Shown here piece after piece: positions 1 through 13,607 of a stretch of DNA of 64,000 bases. The notes under the pieces are model-generated. The model was not told the origin of the DNA, did not search any database, and was given only the letters and a program-made list of their open reading frames with translations. Position 1 is the stretch's first letter; each line of letters starts with the position of its first letter. The translations under genes were made by a program, and so were the position numbers. Origin of the DNA: Callorhinchus milii (lineage: Eukaryota); the NCBI RefSeq assembly GCF_018977255.1, contig NW_024704742.1, positions 92,940,001 to 93,004,000 on the forward strand. The letters are read 5' to 3'.

Positions 1-299
1 GCAAGGAATCATTACGGAAATGTGTCATTTATAATAGGAGTCAGGAAAGCTTTATTTGCAAACTGGGCTTTTTTAAAAAATAATAATCCTTGCATTTGAT
101 ATAGCATCTTTTACATTAGGAGGACATCTCAAAGCACTTCACAGGACTTACTGTAAAGTATTGTGACTGTATTTTGTGGGTGAATGCAAATGTTGTTGCT
201 TTAATTGTGACTTCTAATTAGGAAGATTTGTCAAACTCAGTCAAACATTCACAAATTGAAAGTAACAATTAACACAACAAATCTGATTTATGAAGATTA

Positions 300-543
300 T
301 AAGAGTGAAATTCCACCGCATCTAGATTTAAACTAATTTCAGAGTATCCAGAATTTGGCAAAATCTTGAACTCAAGTCTTAAGTTTGAAGCCATTTTTCT
401 GTAGGTTCTATATTTTCTTAGGAACTGCGGAAAATCGACTTCAAAGTTAAGACTTATTTCAACAGTTTGGCAATTTCTGGTTGCTCTGAAGTAGCACCTC
501 ATAAATAGAATAAATCTAGACCTTGGTGGAATTTAAACCCTTA
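300..543. mobile_element. Palindromic non-autonomous DNA transposon (MITE)
   Basis: Inverted repeats aaattccaccgcatctagattta (308-330) and taaatctagaccttggtggaattt (511-534); related ends near 26417, 35356, 53333 and 59150. Confidence 0.65.
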
Positions 544-2170
544 GAGCTTTTTAGCCTGCAATAAAAACTCAGAAAAATATATGCCAATAAATTTCAAAAC
601 TGCAATCTAGTGATCTAAGTCATACGGAATTCATAAAGCCATTTACCCATAAATTATTATTATTATAAATTGGCTTTTGTATGTTTTGTTTTGTGAAATT
701 AATCACAAGCTAAACTTCAATACTAAAGTCTCAGGGAGTTAGGGTCAGCCCAAACTACGATTTGTATTGTGAGCCACCAGAGAGCTGGCCCTCAAGTTAC
801 TAAGCCACCTCTGATCCCTGGGTCAGCGATTAATATTGGCCTCCTTGAATATTCCTTTTCTGGTGTGTTCTTCGGCAGGTAAATTCCATGAATGTTCATC
901 TCTTCAGAATTTTTTCAAAAAAAAATGTGGTCACTCAATCCACGACTGTTTGTGGGACACTGCTGGAGGCAATTGGCTGCCACATTTCGCACACAAAACA
1001 CACAATCACTCAATTTCACAGTATATTCTGTGAAGCGCTTTGAGACGACTCAACAACATGATAAGATGCTATATGTCAAATGGAAAGATTATTGTTCTGT
1101 GGCGTTAACCTTTTTCGCATCGATATTGCTAATACTGGAGGTGCTGTAATCACATTGGGAACTGATCATACACAAGGCCTATGATTTTACTCTTGTACCT
1201 TGGTTATATTGCACCATGGGAACATGTTTAATAACTGTCTGGAAGGGCAACTGAAGTCACAGTTCTGTTGACCTCACAGTCTAGGTTGACTTTACTGTGT
1301 TGAGGAGTGTTGTGTTGTCAAAGGAGCCTTCATTGAATGAGACATTAAACCAAGGTCCCGTCTGTCTGGTTGGACGCACGCTAAAGATGCTATGTCACTA
1401 ATCAAAAAGAGAAGGGAATTTCATCCAACGTCCTGCCCAACAATCCCCCAGATAAAATTGGTCATTCACTTCATGGTTGTGTATGGGACATTGCTGTGTG
1501 CAAATTGACTGCTGGATTTGCCTCAAAATACACAGTCACTCCATCATAGTAAATCCTGTGATGATCTCCTAATGGAAAGGTGCTATAACAAATGCAATGA
1601 TTATTTAAAAAAAAAAATTTCTAAATAAAATTTCTGTTGCGATATTGCACAAAATGTTACCTTGGAGATGGAAAATCTTTCTCATAATGGTTTATGTTGT
1701 AATCTGAATTTTGAATTACATGCCAGGTTTTACATTTATTCCCTGAACAGTCCATCCATGGTCTTCAATGTAGAAATATTAAACCCTTAGAAGACGAGAA
1801 CAGCATTGCAGCACATCAAAAACAATTCAAGGTTCATACTTTATACCCTCTGCAAAGAGAGAACAGAGGCACGTTAGTATGGTTTAAACTTTATCCTTGT
1901 TCATTGTTCAGTAATATTCAGTAATGTGTTTCTCAAGAACATTATGGAAACAAATGTGATAGAAAACATCTGTGTCTCTGAAACCAAATATTCTCTGGTC
2001 CTTAAAATTAAATTGAGTAATTATAACAGGAGACAGTTAGGTATGGCACTACTTATAGCCATTATGTTTGCTATTGACTGACCACTGCATTCAATTGCCC
2101 AATTATGTTTTCTGTTCAAAAGTTTCTCTTATGGTCTGATACATGCAGAAACCCATCACTTTACTTAATA

Positions 2171-2472
2171 AAAGCTGCTGAAACTCTGTTCCACGCCTTT
2201 ATCACCTCAAGGCTGGACTCTGGAACTCTATCCCCCAGTGCCTTCGCCTTGCTTTCTCCCTTTCCTCCTTCAAGGCCAGTCTCAAGACCTTTCTCTTTGA
2301 CCGTGCCTTCAGCTCCCTTCTCGACTCTCTACCCCCTCCTCGCTCCCTCCCTTCCCTCCCCTCACCCTGACCATTTCCCCCCTGCTCGGGTCCTGACTCA
2401 ACTGTACAGCGCCTTGGGACGTCCTCCCGACGTGAAAGGAGCTCTATAAATGGAATCTTGTTGTTGTTGTTG
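2171..2472 (+). mobile_element. L2 3' fragment with internal deletion
   Basis: [15 protein letters not shown] joined to the L2 3' end and (TTG)n; TAATA duplicated at 2166-2170 and 2473-2477. Confidence 0.85.
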
Positions 2473-3082
2473 TAATAGTATCCAAACCAGAAGAGTTCCA
2501 CATTTGCAAATCATCTACATATGGAAATTTCCCTGTGTTTTTGTGCACTCTCTACCCAGAGGGTGCAACCAGATTACCTAATTCCTGAAAGTGTTAGGTA
2601 CAAGTTGGTACAAGAACTTAAAATCATGAACATTTTTTGTTTGGAGCTGAACTACTGTTGCCTCTACTTCTAAAGTTGACTTTTTCAACAAAACATTTGG
2701 TGTTTTCAATACCTTGAGCAGAGGGTGTTGGAGAAGGGAAGAAATGACTGGTTTAGAAATCTTACAAAGCATGATCATTTACGAGAGTTGAATTAATGAC
2801 AGTAGACACAATCAATATGCTGAGCAATTTTATTTAAACTGTTTGTATAGAGGATATATGATACGCTCTGGGGAAAGGGGAGGAAGGAATCTGGCAATGT
2901 GATTTATGTCCAGGGGTGAACTGGCCTGATAAGTTATGATCAATAAAATGGAAAATCAGTTATAGTCAGCGCTAAAACTGGTATACAGCTTTTAACCCAT
3001 GGATCCTCATCGTGCATTCTTTTCATACCCTGTGTTAGTTTAGTGCCCAAAGTAAAGAAAGATATTAATATTAAATACAAAC

Positions 3083-3088
3083 TTTATT
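3083..3088 (-). promoter_or_regulatory. Candidate polyadenylation signal of the pseudogene
   Basis: AATAAA on the minus strand about 60 nt after the inferred terminal stop, followed by T/GT-rich sequence. Confidence 0.35.
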
Positions 3089-3148
3089 GATGGTTAAAGT
3101 GCAATAATCGAGCAACCTGAATTTGCAAATGCAGTAATTAATAAAGAA

Positions 3149-3778
3149 TTAATCTTGTCAATGAATGGATGAGTCACAAAGACTCTGTTGTAACATCCCC
3201 AGAAAGAGATAATGTGGAAGTGGTCTTCGTACGGATCTTTTGAAGCATGATCCAATGTGTGGCATATTTGGTTTAGTGGTGAGAGCACTCACCTCGCAAG
3301 CGAGAGACCTGGGTGCGATTCCCGGCAGGGCGAAATGTTGGACAAGTTTCCTTACTCCTCACGCCTCTGTTTACCTGGCAGTAACTAGGAACCCGGTTGT
3401 TAGTCGATTGGCGGATCACTTTTCCGGGGGTAATAATTCTTCAAAATAAATAAAAATAATTTGGTCACTCAATACACGACTGTGGGACACTGCTGTGCGC
3501 AATTGGCTGCTGCATTTTGCCCACAAAATATACAGTCAATTCACTTTACAGTATATTCTGTGAAGCACTTTGAGATGTTTTGAAGACGAGATAAGGCACT
3601 ATATCAAATGCAAGGATTATTAGTTTTATTATTATTATTTGTAGGTCACGACACCAGGTATGTTTGACGATATGCCAAGCTTGGTAACAAGCATGGTAGC
3701 ACAATGCTTCCAAACATTATAACAAAGGTTATACAGTACTTTAACAGGCCATTGTGTTCTTACTACCTCTTATAAACT
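3149..3778 (-). pseudogene. Terminal pseudo-exon, interrupted by a SINE
   Basis: Acceptor aaatacag|; reads VVRTQWPVKVLYNLCYNVWKHCATML, then the SINE (3271-3635), then TLDHASKDPYED and LGMLQQSLCDSSIH*QD*. Compare recalled C-terminus LCCLFDSLTSESIHRIE and the NDK HxS motif. Confidence 0.5.
3271..3635 (+). mobile_element. tRNA-derived SINE, long subfamily, inserted in the terminal pseudo-exon
   Basis: Contains the extra ctgtttacctggcagtaactaggaacccggttgttagtcgattggcgg segment; TATTTG on both sides (3265-3270, 3636-3641). Confidence 0.88.
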
Positions 3779-4302
3779 CTGTATTTTAACAGCTAAATGT
3801 GATTTAACTTTTGTCAATGTATAAAACAGTGAAGCCTTATAAAAAGTTTACGTCTCATCTTCCACCCTTAAATTCACCTACAAATACGGAGTCGCTACAT
3901 TTTGCAGTATATCCTGTAAAGAGTTTTGAGATATTTCGACAAAAACAACAACAAAATTATATTTGTATAATGCCTTTCACAACAGGAGGATGCCTGACAA
4001 AGTGATAAGGCGCAATATCAAATGCAAAGATTATTTTTTATCAATTATTTGCTAATAGAAGTTGGAACTCATGCATTTTAGACCCCACTGGTAGGAATTG
4101 CAAAATGCATATGATTAATTTTTACCATATTCTCATCAAACTTAAATTCTCTGCCCCCCCCCAACTGATTGTGCTATCTGTTTCCATCCACTCTGGTGTC
4201 ATCAATGATTCTATGCAGAAATTGAAGCTGAGTCAAAGATACAATTTCACAGGGAATTTGACAAGTATTTGAAGATTAAAGATGCAAAAGAATATGGGGA
4301 AA

Positions 4303-5143
4303 TAATAATAATAATCTTTGCATTTGATATAGCACCTTATCATGTCTTTGAGACATCTCAAAACGCTTCACAGAATATACTGTAAAGTGAAATGACTGTA
4401 TATTTTGTGGGCCAAATGTGGCAACTAATTGCCCACAACAGTGTCCCACAAACAGTCATGGATTGAGTGACCAAATTGCTGTTATTGTTTTGGAAGGGAT
4501 TATTTATTGGAAGGAATTGGTTGACCAGAAGAACCGAGGGGGTGGTGGTACCGGAATGTCATCAGACTGGGAAAATGTTACCAGTGGAGTTCCACAAGGG
4601 TATGTTTTAGGACCTCTTTTGTTTAATATTTTTATAAATGATCTGGAGCTAGGAGTCGCAAGCATGGTGGCAGTTTGCAGATGACACCAAGATAATGAAA
4701 GTGGTAGATTGCGAAGCTGAACAAGATAGGTTACAGGAGGATTTGAACATACTTGGGAATTGGGTAGCTCGGTGGCAGATGAAATACAATGTGGAGAAAT
4801 GTAAAGTACTTCACAAGGGGACAAAAAATTCCTGCAAGGGATTATTATTTGAACATAGGTACATAGGTAGTTCGGGACATAATGTGCATGCAACCTCCAG
4901 GAAAGTGGAAGGCGAACTAGATCGACCTTGGTCTTTTTTCGTCTAGCATTTCTTATGTTCTTATATTCTTATTGCTCAGGATCCACCAATTGACCAACAA
5001 CCGGTTCCTATTTATTGCTAGGTAAAGAGAGGCATGTGGAGTAAGGAAACTGCCCAACGTTTCACCCTGTCCAGGAATCAAACTTAGATTCTTTCGGTTG
5101 TGAGAAGGGTAGCTTGGTGTCATCTGTGAGCTGCAGGACTCCA
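4303..5143 (-). mobile_element. Long-subfamily SINE split by CR1
   Basis: Tail half 4303-4503, head half about 4966-5143. Confidence 0.8.
4504..4965 (+). mobile_element. CR1 LINE 3' fragment nested in a SINE
   Basis: [51 protein letters not shown]; tail ttcttatgttcttat. Confidence 0.9.
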
Positions 5144-6098
5144 CAGAAAGGAAATTAAATTATAATCGATAGCTGCACTGGCATTTATGGGACAAATGCC
5201 ATCCTTCTGTGCTGCAATTTCTAAGAATGTATGAATCTATCTCCACAAAATTGAAACATATTCCTTACGCATTGATGTCATCACATGTGGTATAAATTAA
5301 CACTTTCACTGTTGGGGTCAGGACAACTCAGGAGAACTGGTCCATACATACTATCCTTTCCAAAAGCAACGTATTGCTTAAATGTCAGTGTCACACAATA
5401 ACATGGAAAGTATTTCAATAGTGAAAGTATAGGATGGTAATTATCACACTCTATTATCTTATGCATTACTTATGTATTTATTAAGAGGGGTGGGAAGGGG
5501 TAAAGAAAGCCCATAAATTACCTCTTCAAATATTTAGTGCTTTTTCTTTTATGTGGACCATGTGGTACCTATTAAAATGGTCGGATCTTGGCTTGTACAC
5601 TTTTCTCCTGGGAAGGATGTAACCCAGCTAGATTGTGTGAAACTATTTTGTTAGTCAGGCGGAGTCAGCCTCCTACTGCTGAATGAAACATTATGTGCCT
5701 GATGTCAAGTTTGGATTTTTGGCAATTCTTCATTCTTATGGATCACTAGTGGGGGAGACGGGGGTGGTTGGAGAGAGAGAGAGGTGGAAAATGTGATGTG
5801 TAATGTGATAGTCAGCGCTCCAAGACGTTTTCCTGCATGAAGAGTATTATAGAAATACAAGTTGTTGCTATTGTTATTGTTGTTGATAATTATATCACTT
5901 TAAAAGATCAATTGCGTCAGTGTTCCATGAACTGGCACTGAAACACTGAGATCCTCTCGATGGCAAGTTTAAAGACTCCATGGGCTGATTCAACCGTTTA
6001 CAATAATCCACAGGGATTGGTTAACCAGGTTAATCAGACTCAACAATGAGAATTGAAGGTGAAATTTACCAAATATTAGTCCACATCCAACAGGAATT

Positions 6099-6471
6099 GA
6101 ATAATAATAATAATCCTTGCATTTGATATAGCGCCTTATCATGTTTTCGAGACGTCTCAAAGCACTTCGCAGGATATACTGCAAAGTGAATTGACTGTAC
6201 ATTAAGTGGGTGAAATGCGGCAGCCAATTGCGCACAACAGTGTCCCACAAACAGCCGCGGATTGAAGTGACTAATTTATTTATTTGAAGGAATTATTACA
6301 CCCCTGGTAAAGCAATCCGCCAATCGACTAACAACCGGGTTCCCACTTACTGCTAGGTAAACAGAGGCATGTGGAGTAAGGAAACTTGCCCAACATTTTG
6401 CCCTGCCGGGGATCCTACCCAGGTCTCTCACTTGAGAGGTGAGTGCTCTAACCACTAAACTAGAGGACTCC
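6099..6471 (-). mobile_element. tRNA-derived SINE, long subfamily
   Basis: Full head-to-tail match to the family. Confidence 0.88.
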
Positions 6472-6638
6472 AATATCTCCAAAGTCCCAAAAGGTCGTGA
6501 GGTCCTACCTGGACACATTAGGTGCTTCTTAGTTACTTTTGTTTACTTAAGGCGGGGTGAAGGGTGTTGGATGGGGTGTTAGTAGATATTCCCAAATTAC
6601 TGGTAAATTTACCAATTTCTTCTGGTTGGTAAATTTAC

Positions 6639-6870
6639 CGACAGTCGGAGAATAGATGATCGGACAGGTTTAGTTTCTAATATGCTTTTAATTGATAACT
6701 TCAGCCAATAGTAACAAAGTTGCCCAAAGCCAATACCAACATAAACATTCACTGCTGTCTGTACATAAACATCCGGAGGCAGCGGGTTAGAAAGGGTCCA
6801 CTGTGATGTAGAAGAACTTTTCACTTTGAATAATTTCCACCCACAGCTTTATCTTGTTATCTTGAAGATC
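6639..6870 (-). pseudogene. Pseudo-exon candidate
   Basis: Possible acceptor aaagcag|; reads DLQDNKIKLWVEIIQSEKFFYITVDPF*. The donor overlaps a ggtaaatttacc palindrome and is uncertain. Confidence 0.25.
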
Positions 6871-7239
6871 CTGCTTTTCAACTATACCTACGGTCACCAT
6901 CCCTCCCTCTCCAGCTTGGCATCAAGCTCCGCCACTGTTAAGCGGACTAACATGCAGGAGACTAAATAAATGCAAGTTGTTGTTGTTGTGATTGGGGTAC
7001 AAAATGTGGTTTATGACGTGATACCCATCACATTGGCGAAAAGTGTTACTAAACCTGTCCAATTATGGGCAAGGTTGGGAGTGAGCTAATCCTTCTCCCC
7101 CTCTCCTCCATGTTCAGCCCAAAACCGGTCAATGCTGCCACCTTTGTTGTCGTCAAATTCAACTGCGCCATGCAGCATAGCAGCCCGACCCTGACAGAGA
7201 ATAGGGCCAATATGCTGCACAATATGATACCTACAATAA

Positions 7240-7660
7240 ACTCCGTCACATCGATCCTAGCCAGGCTCCACTGGCTCCCTATTATCAAATGGATCAATTT
7301 GATTTCAAGATCCTTACATCTGTTTTCAAATCCCTTTCGTGTCCTGCCTCCTCTCTACCTCTCTGACCTGCTTATTCCCCAACTCATTACCCGCTGCCTC
7401 CGCTCGACTAGGTCCTGCCTCCTGCTGGTCCCTTGTGCCCTTCCATTCCACCACCAATGGCTGAGCTTTCAGTCACTGTGCCCCAAAACTGGAACACTCT
7501 TCATTTATCCCTCCATTTTGCCCCTTCCTTACCCATCTTCTGGTCACTCCTGAATACCTTCCTCTTCAACACAGTCACCTCCCCCCAGTGCTCCGCTACT
7601 GTCAAGCACACTGGGATGCTACCCTGGGGGGTGAGGGGTGCTATATAAATCCAAGTTGTT
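7240..7660 (+). mobile_element. Older L2 3' fragment
   Basis: [10 protein letters not shown]; ends gctatataaatccaagttgttg. Confidence 0.75.
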
Positions 7661-8380
7661 GAGAATTATATGCAGCAAGGACTGAAAGAAAGCCATCGCT
7701 GAGGCAACAACAGAGATACCAGTGCTTGGAGGCCAAACCATTATGTTGAAGCTTGTTGCTAATTAAAGACAGGTTTGGGTCTTACAAGTCAATGATGTGA
7801 CACCCCCAGCCACAAGTGGAAAAATAAGTCAATGTCTGCATAATGTGCGGCACAAAGCCAACTCCTTGACAGCTAAGAATTTTCTTTTTTGGTCAGCCGT
7901 GTGTCTGACACATGTGGATATCCATCACCGTGCTTAAGAATATCCAAACCAAATTTTGAGCACTATGGGTTTGACATAAATCATCGAAAATAACTTTTCA
8001 TTTATTCTAGGAACAATTATAAATAGTTTCCTGTCCCATGTGTTCATAATCCTTGTATTTTCAATTGTTGGGGTTACGATACAGGGTGTGGCTGCCTTTT
8101 CAGTGTGTCTTCAGCCATTATATGACTTTTATCGTTTGTTCTACCAATTACAGTATTTTAATACTGCCCAATTACTCCGATTTTAATGCCCCCCCATCCC
8201 CAGACACACACACACACTCTCCAATCTCTTCACTCTATTTGGCACACATTCCTTATTATTTTAGAGGCTTCTTGATGGGAATTAGAAACAGAAGAAAGGA
8301 CTGTTTTTACTTCAGTGTTTCTGTAGCACTTCCTTAGCCAGGAAATTGAACCGTGCTGAAAATGTAACAGATGTACTCAC

Positions 8381-8651
8381 AACGATCCAAGAATTGCCAC
8401 AGGAAGCTGGTGTGAGTTTCTGGGGAATGGGATGGGGGGGGCGGGGAATAAATATGTTGGAGAGTTTCTTCTTAAAACAGAGCAGCTGTAATCCCAGAAT
8501 CTACTGAGGCTTGTTTTAATTGGCTCCCAGCCTAAAAGGAATGAATCCTTCAGGACTTTGCAGCCGCCATGTACTTTAACTACTTCAGCCGCGGGCAATC
8601 TATTTGGAGGCAATTATACCTCCCATGTATGAGAAACATTAGTTTATGTCC
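8381..8651 (-). pseudogene. Pseudo-exon
   Basis: Strong splice signals ttattgtcttttccag| and |gtgagt. All three frames contain stops. Fragments CFSYMGGII / RLPAAEVV / EGFI resemble recalled TTCLILPGII..RPPYAELL..DFV. Confidence 0.45.
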
Positions 8652-9062
8652 CTGGAAAAGACAATAAACTGAGACCTGCTAGTTAAGAATTTCAGCTTTA
8701 GGAGCCTCAATAATTAATTGTCCTTGAAAGGGAAACAAAACCAAAATTTCATTGAACGTATACATAAGAATTACGCAGTACATAAATATTACATTATTTA
8801 ATATAACCACTAGCATATGTATCCATTTGTCTGACACCCACTATGGGAAAACATGTTATACTGTATTTGGTACTGATAGCAATAATAATAAAATGATATT
8901 CCTTGCATTTGATATGGAGCTGCGCCAAATTGAAGCAACTCAAAACACTCCATGAGTTTCATGTAAAGAGTAGTGACTGTGTATCCAAATGAGACCTGAG
9001 ACTAACAAAAGGGTCCAGCTGATTATCTTGATGGCTTGAGTGAATTATGTCATTTCATGGCT

Positions 9063-9940
9063 ATCCTGTAGCTCAGTGGTTAGAGCACTCGCCTCGCAAG
9101 CGAGAGACCTGAGTTCGATTCCCAGCAGCGAGAAACCTTGGGCAAGTCTCCTTACTCCACATGCCTGATAATAATCCCTCAAGAAAAAAACAATAATAAA
9201 AAATTGTTCACTTCAATCCTCGACTGTTTGTGGGACTTTGCTGTGTGCAGATTAGCTGCAGTTTTCACCTCCATTTGATATAGCACCTTAACACATCATT
9301 GAATTAACTCACAGGATTTTTACTGTAAAGAGCAGTGCCTGTATTTGTTAGTGAATGCGAAAGTCAGTCATTTCCCACAAAATACCCACTTTTCAACAAA
9401 TAAGTGAAGGATCAATTTTTTCTGGGGGTTGTTGGCCAGGACACATAGAGAACTTTCCCTTCTCATTGGAAAATAACTTGTGAGTGGTAGTAAGTACAGG
9501 AAAAATAATGTTTCCAATGGTTGAGGGGATTTCACATTCTGCAAAACACCCACTTAAACAAAATTTCCCACTTACAAGCCACATATATGCACAAAAGCCT
9601 CAGTCACTTCCTGCAATTGATTCTGACGTTGTTAGAAATGTTAGTCAAACTTTTATAATATACAACAATAATAATATAATAATATAATAATAAAATAATA
9701 ATATAATAACCTTTGCATTTGATATAGCGCTTTTTACGTTTTCTAGACGTCCAAAGCACTTCACAGAATATACCATAAAGTGAATTAACCGTATATTTGT
9801 GGGCGAAACGCGGCAGCCAATTGCGCACCGCAGTGTCCCACAAACAGTCGTGGATTGAAATGACCAATTTATTATTGTTTTGTTTTGGAGGGATTATTAT
9901 TAGGCGTGTGGAGTAAGCAAACTTGCCCAAGGTTTTGCCC
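9063..9940. mobile_element. Cluster of partial SINEs (+ 9063-9270; - about 9270-9470; - about 9690-9940)
   Basis: Family motifs on both strands. Confidence 0.75.
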
Positions 9941-10024
9941 TTATTCTTGGGGCTGATGTCTGGCTGCCACTACAAGCAGAGATAGGAAGGAAATCTGCAC
10001 CCCCTGGAAATATGAATTAAAAAG

Positions 10025-11110
10025 AAAACAACAACAACAACAAGATTCCATTTATCTTGAGACCGGCCTTGAAGGAGGAAAGGGAGGAGTCGAGGCGAAG
10101 GCACTGGAGGATGGAGTTCCAGAGCCGAGGGGCTGAGAGGCTGAAGGCCCGGCCACCGATGGTAGGGCGGTTGGGGCGGGGGATGTGGAGCAGACCAGAG
10201 CCGGAGGAACGGAGGGTACGGGCAGGTAGGTAGGGGGATAGTAGGTCGGAGAGGTAGGAGGGAGCAAGGCCGTGAATGGCCTTGTAGGTGAGGATGAGGA
10301 TCTTGAAATCAATCCTCTGGGGGATGGGGAGCCAGTGGAGGCGAGCGAGGGAGGGAGTGATGTGGTCCTGGTGCGGGACAGTACACGAGCTGCAGAGTTC
10401 TGAATGACCTGCAGCTTGTGGAGGGAGGTGGCGGGAAGGCCGGCGAGGAGAGAGTTCCCATAGTCCAGCCTTGAGGTGATAAAGGCATGGACCAGAGTTT
10501 CAGCAGCGTGAGGGGTGAGGTAGTGCCGTAGTCTGGCGATATTCCGGAGGTGATGGAAGGCAGTGCCAGTTGTGGTGCGGATATGAGGGAGAAAGGACAG
10601 CTCAGGGCCGAACAGAACCCCGAGGTTCCTGACTGGCTTTGAGAGGTGGAGAGTGCAGCCTTGGATGCTGATGCTGTCAGCGCCTGAGGTGCGGAGGCGC
10701 TGACGTGAGCCAATCAGGAGGGCCTCAGTTTTACGCACGTTGAGCTGGAGAAAGTTGTCTCTCGTCCAGGACTCGACGTCGGACAGGCAGGCTGTCAGGA
10801 CATTGGTGGTCGTGGAGTTGAGGGTAGAGGAGGAAAGGTAGAGTTGGGTGTCATCCGCATACATGTGGAAGTTAACCCCATGTCTGCGGATGATGTCACC
10901 AAGGGGGAGCATATAGAGGGTGAAGAGGAGGGGACCGAGGACAGAGCCCTGAGGGACACCGCACGAGACAGTGTGGAGGCTGGAGGAAAAACCATTCGCG
11001 GAAACAAGGTGAAGACGGTGGGAGAGGTACGACCTAAACTACTCAAGGACAGGGCCTTGAAGGTTGAGGTGGGAGGACAAGCGGTGGAGGAGGATAGCGT
11101 GGTCGACCAT
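10025..11110 (-). mobile_element. 5'-truncated L2 LINE (RT C-terminal half plus tail)
   Basis: Track ORF 10052..10912 contains [38 protein letters not shown]; (CAA)n tail on the + strand at about 10025-10043. Confidence 0.93.
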
Positions 11111-11175
11111 GCTACTTACAGTGTGTCAATCCTGTGTGTCTGAGAGAAAAAGATTCATTAAAACTTGGGTCGTAC

Positions 11176-11635
11176 CCCTGATCTGAATGGAGTGATGAAG
11201 AGTCAAACACTAAAGATTACACCATTGTTTTCTCTCAGATCCTGGCTATCATGTTGTGGATTTCCATCATTTTTTATTTTGATTTCAGTTGCTATAAATA
11301 TTCAGTTAATCTACACAGGTTTTAAATGCACACTTGTCATTTTATCAGCACTGGGAGTCTTCTTAGTAAATGTTAAGTGGGGGAAAAAAATCTCAAGATT
11401 AGATCGGGAACCACCAGTCACGATGATGTTTCATCGACTCAATGGGTAAACAGCCCAATCTTACACTCTATACAGTGTTGCTCAGCAATAGTATATGAAA
11501 ATTACTGAATGTGTAGAGCTTTTGTACACTATTCCATCACTTGTACCTTAGCCACAAACAGAAAAGGGTATCTTTCGCAGCCCAGTGTAACATGTACAGC
11601 TCCTGCACTAACATTTGCCTTATTTAGAAATACAC
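11176..11635 (-). pseudogene. Pseudo-exon, NDK-like repeat end
   Basis: Acceptor cattcttacag|; reads NVSAGAVHVTLGCER ... LVVPDL then NLEIFFPH, matching the NDK-family C-terminal 'xExxxFF' helix and recalled AVRDVKLFFP. Donor ggg|gtacga. Confidence 0.5.
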
Positions 11636-12088
11636 CTGTAAGAATGTGTGTGAGGAACCAAATTTTCAAAGTGGTAAACTTTTATATTTATTCGTTCTGA
11701 ACATGAGCCAGGACCTTGGAACCAAAGTGACTTTTATTGTAAACTTACACCTTCAGTGACAACAACTTGGATTCATACAGACCCTTCATGTAGGATAACG
11801 TCTTGGAGTGCTTCACTATGGCAGGGTTGTACCCTGAGCTAGGAGGGAGGGAAAGAGGGAAGATAACCATAAGTGAGGTCAAAGTAGTAGGTTTGAAAGT
11901 GGGATTTGAGCATAGATAAGAGTGAGGATGAGGCTGAGGGATTCAGGCAGGAAGTTACAGAAGTCATAATAACTGAAGGCTTGGCTGCCAATGTTAGCAC
12001 AGGAGGGATGGAACCGGGCAACAGGACTTTGTTTGGGGATCTGCTACAGAAACTACAATCGCTCTCTTACTTTGCTAAACTAAAGATA

Positions 12089-12261
12089 TAGTGAAATTAT
12101 GTCAATTGAAACTCAATTTGACAAAAACAAATATTCAATAAACCAAACTATTCATATAACCAAACTGAACATAATAGAAGACTGATCTCCTGGAGCTCTA
12201 AATTCTATTCAATAAATCAAATTATTCAATTATCCAATATTCAATTAACAGAATTTCACTG
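12089..12261. mobile_element. Tc1/mariner (Tigger-like) MITE
   Basis: TIRs tagtgaaattatgtcaattgaa / ttcaattaacagaatttcactg, flanked by TA on both sides. Confidence 0.65.
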
Positions 12262-12540
12262 TAATACACTTTGAGATTAGAATTTGACTAGTGCATGTTC
12301 TGTCAACAGTCATTCAGTAATGGGTTTCCGGTGTATAGTTGGCAGGTTTCTTAATTCATATAAAAAAACTATGTTCAAACATACAGTATTCTCAAATGTC
12401 CTGTAATTGAATAACCAATTAGTTGTTAATATTTCTCTCAAACAACACTGTAGAGGACTGTTATTCTGTTTTCTCTACAGAAAAAAAACACATTTTTGTA
12501 CATGCTTATTTTAGGACACACACCGGAATAAAGGATGTAC

Positions 12541-12794
12541 CTCTAGCATTTACTACTTGTGGTTTGTTTTTGTTCTTTTTAGAAACTGAATGTAACAGTC
12601 CAACAGACTGAAATGTGAAACCACGCTGTTAATCTTTAAACCTTTCCAATCCTGGCCACTTATTCAGTGCCCCCAGTGATTATACAAGACAGAGACTTCT
12701 TGCCTCAGTGAAAAGGAATTCATTCATTCAATAAATTCCAAAATTGTATGCTATGTGTGTCAGGAAGCACCACTTACAAGTAAATGTTCCTATT
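12541..12794 (-). pseudogene. Pseudo-exon, NDK-like repeat
   Basis: Frames give TILEFIE ... HWGH / VARIGKV / QRGFTFQSVGLLH, compare recalled VWSQNLARILRKLDLEKFSVVGMKH. Donor gag|gtacat. Confidence 0.4.
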
Positions 12795-13256
12795 CTGGAC
12801 ATCGGTAGGAAGAAGTTAGCAGTGAGTAGTTTTTGAGCAGGGAAAATCTTCCCACATCTATATTAATAGTTGAGCCTAATTTGCAGTATTTCTTAATGTG
12901 ATTCCCTATCCTAGCTGTCAAAATGCAAACTCTTTCCTGTAACCATTAGTCTGTCACATCACCCCGCAAGAACACTGATCTGACATGTTCTTCTGCCTAA
13001 TAATAATGCACAAATTTGATATATCGTCTACAATGTTGAAACGTCATGAAGTGCTTCACAGGTAATGGCTGTCAAGTACAGTAATTTGCATATTTGTAGG
13101 CAGACACGGCAGCTAACTTGCCCACAGCAATGTCCAATCTACAGCCAATGAAGTGGATGACCAATTTATCTGGGTAATTGTTGGCCTAGGCACACAGAAG
13201 ATTACTGTGCTTACCTTTCAGCTGTTCTGTGCTCTTATCTGACTGATTAAGTTGTA

Positions 13257-13576
13257 TTATAATAATAATAATAATAATCCTTGCATTTGATATAGCGCTT
13301 TTCACGTCGGGAGGACGTCCCAAAGCGCTTCACAGAACACACTGTAAAGTGAATTGACTGTACATTTGTGGGCGAACGCGGCAGCCAATTGCGCACAGCA
13401 ATGTCCCACAAACAGTCGTAGATTGAAATGACCAATTTAATATTGTTTTGTTTTGGAGGGATTATTATTAGGCATATGGAGTGAGGAAACTAGCCCAAGG
13501 TTTCGCGGTGCCTGGAATTGAACTCAGGTCTCTCGCTTGCAAAGCGAGTGCTCTAACCACTGAGCTACAGGACTCC
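13257..13576 (-). mobile_element. Young tRNA-derived SINE, short subfamily
   Basis: Near-identical to 45597-45905, 49497-49818 and 51835-52157. Confidence 0.9.
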
Positions 13577-13607
13577 AATTAATCATCTATCCGGATGTAA
13601 CCTTAAC

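Noticed and set aside
2578..2778. Minus-strand ORF as an extra exon of the pseudogene
   Set aside because: It lies beyond the inferred stop and poly(A) signal, runs into a dispersed repeat, and has no motif match.
7049..7240. Possible inverted 5' part of the adjacent L2 fragment (QLNLTTTKVAAL)
   Set aside because: Similarity is too short and weak to call by eye.
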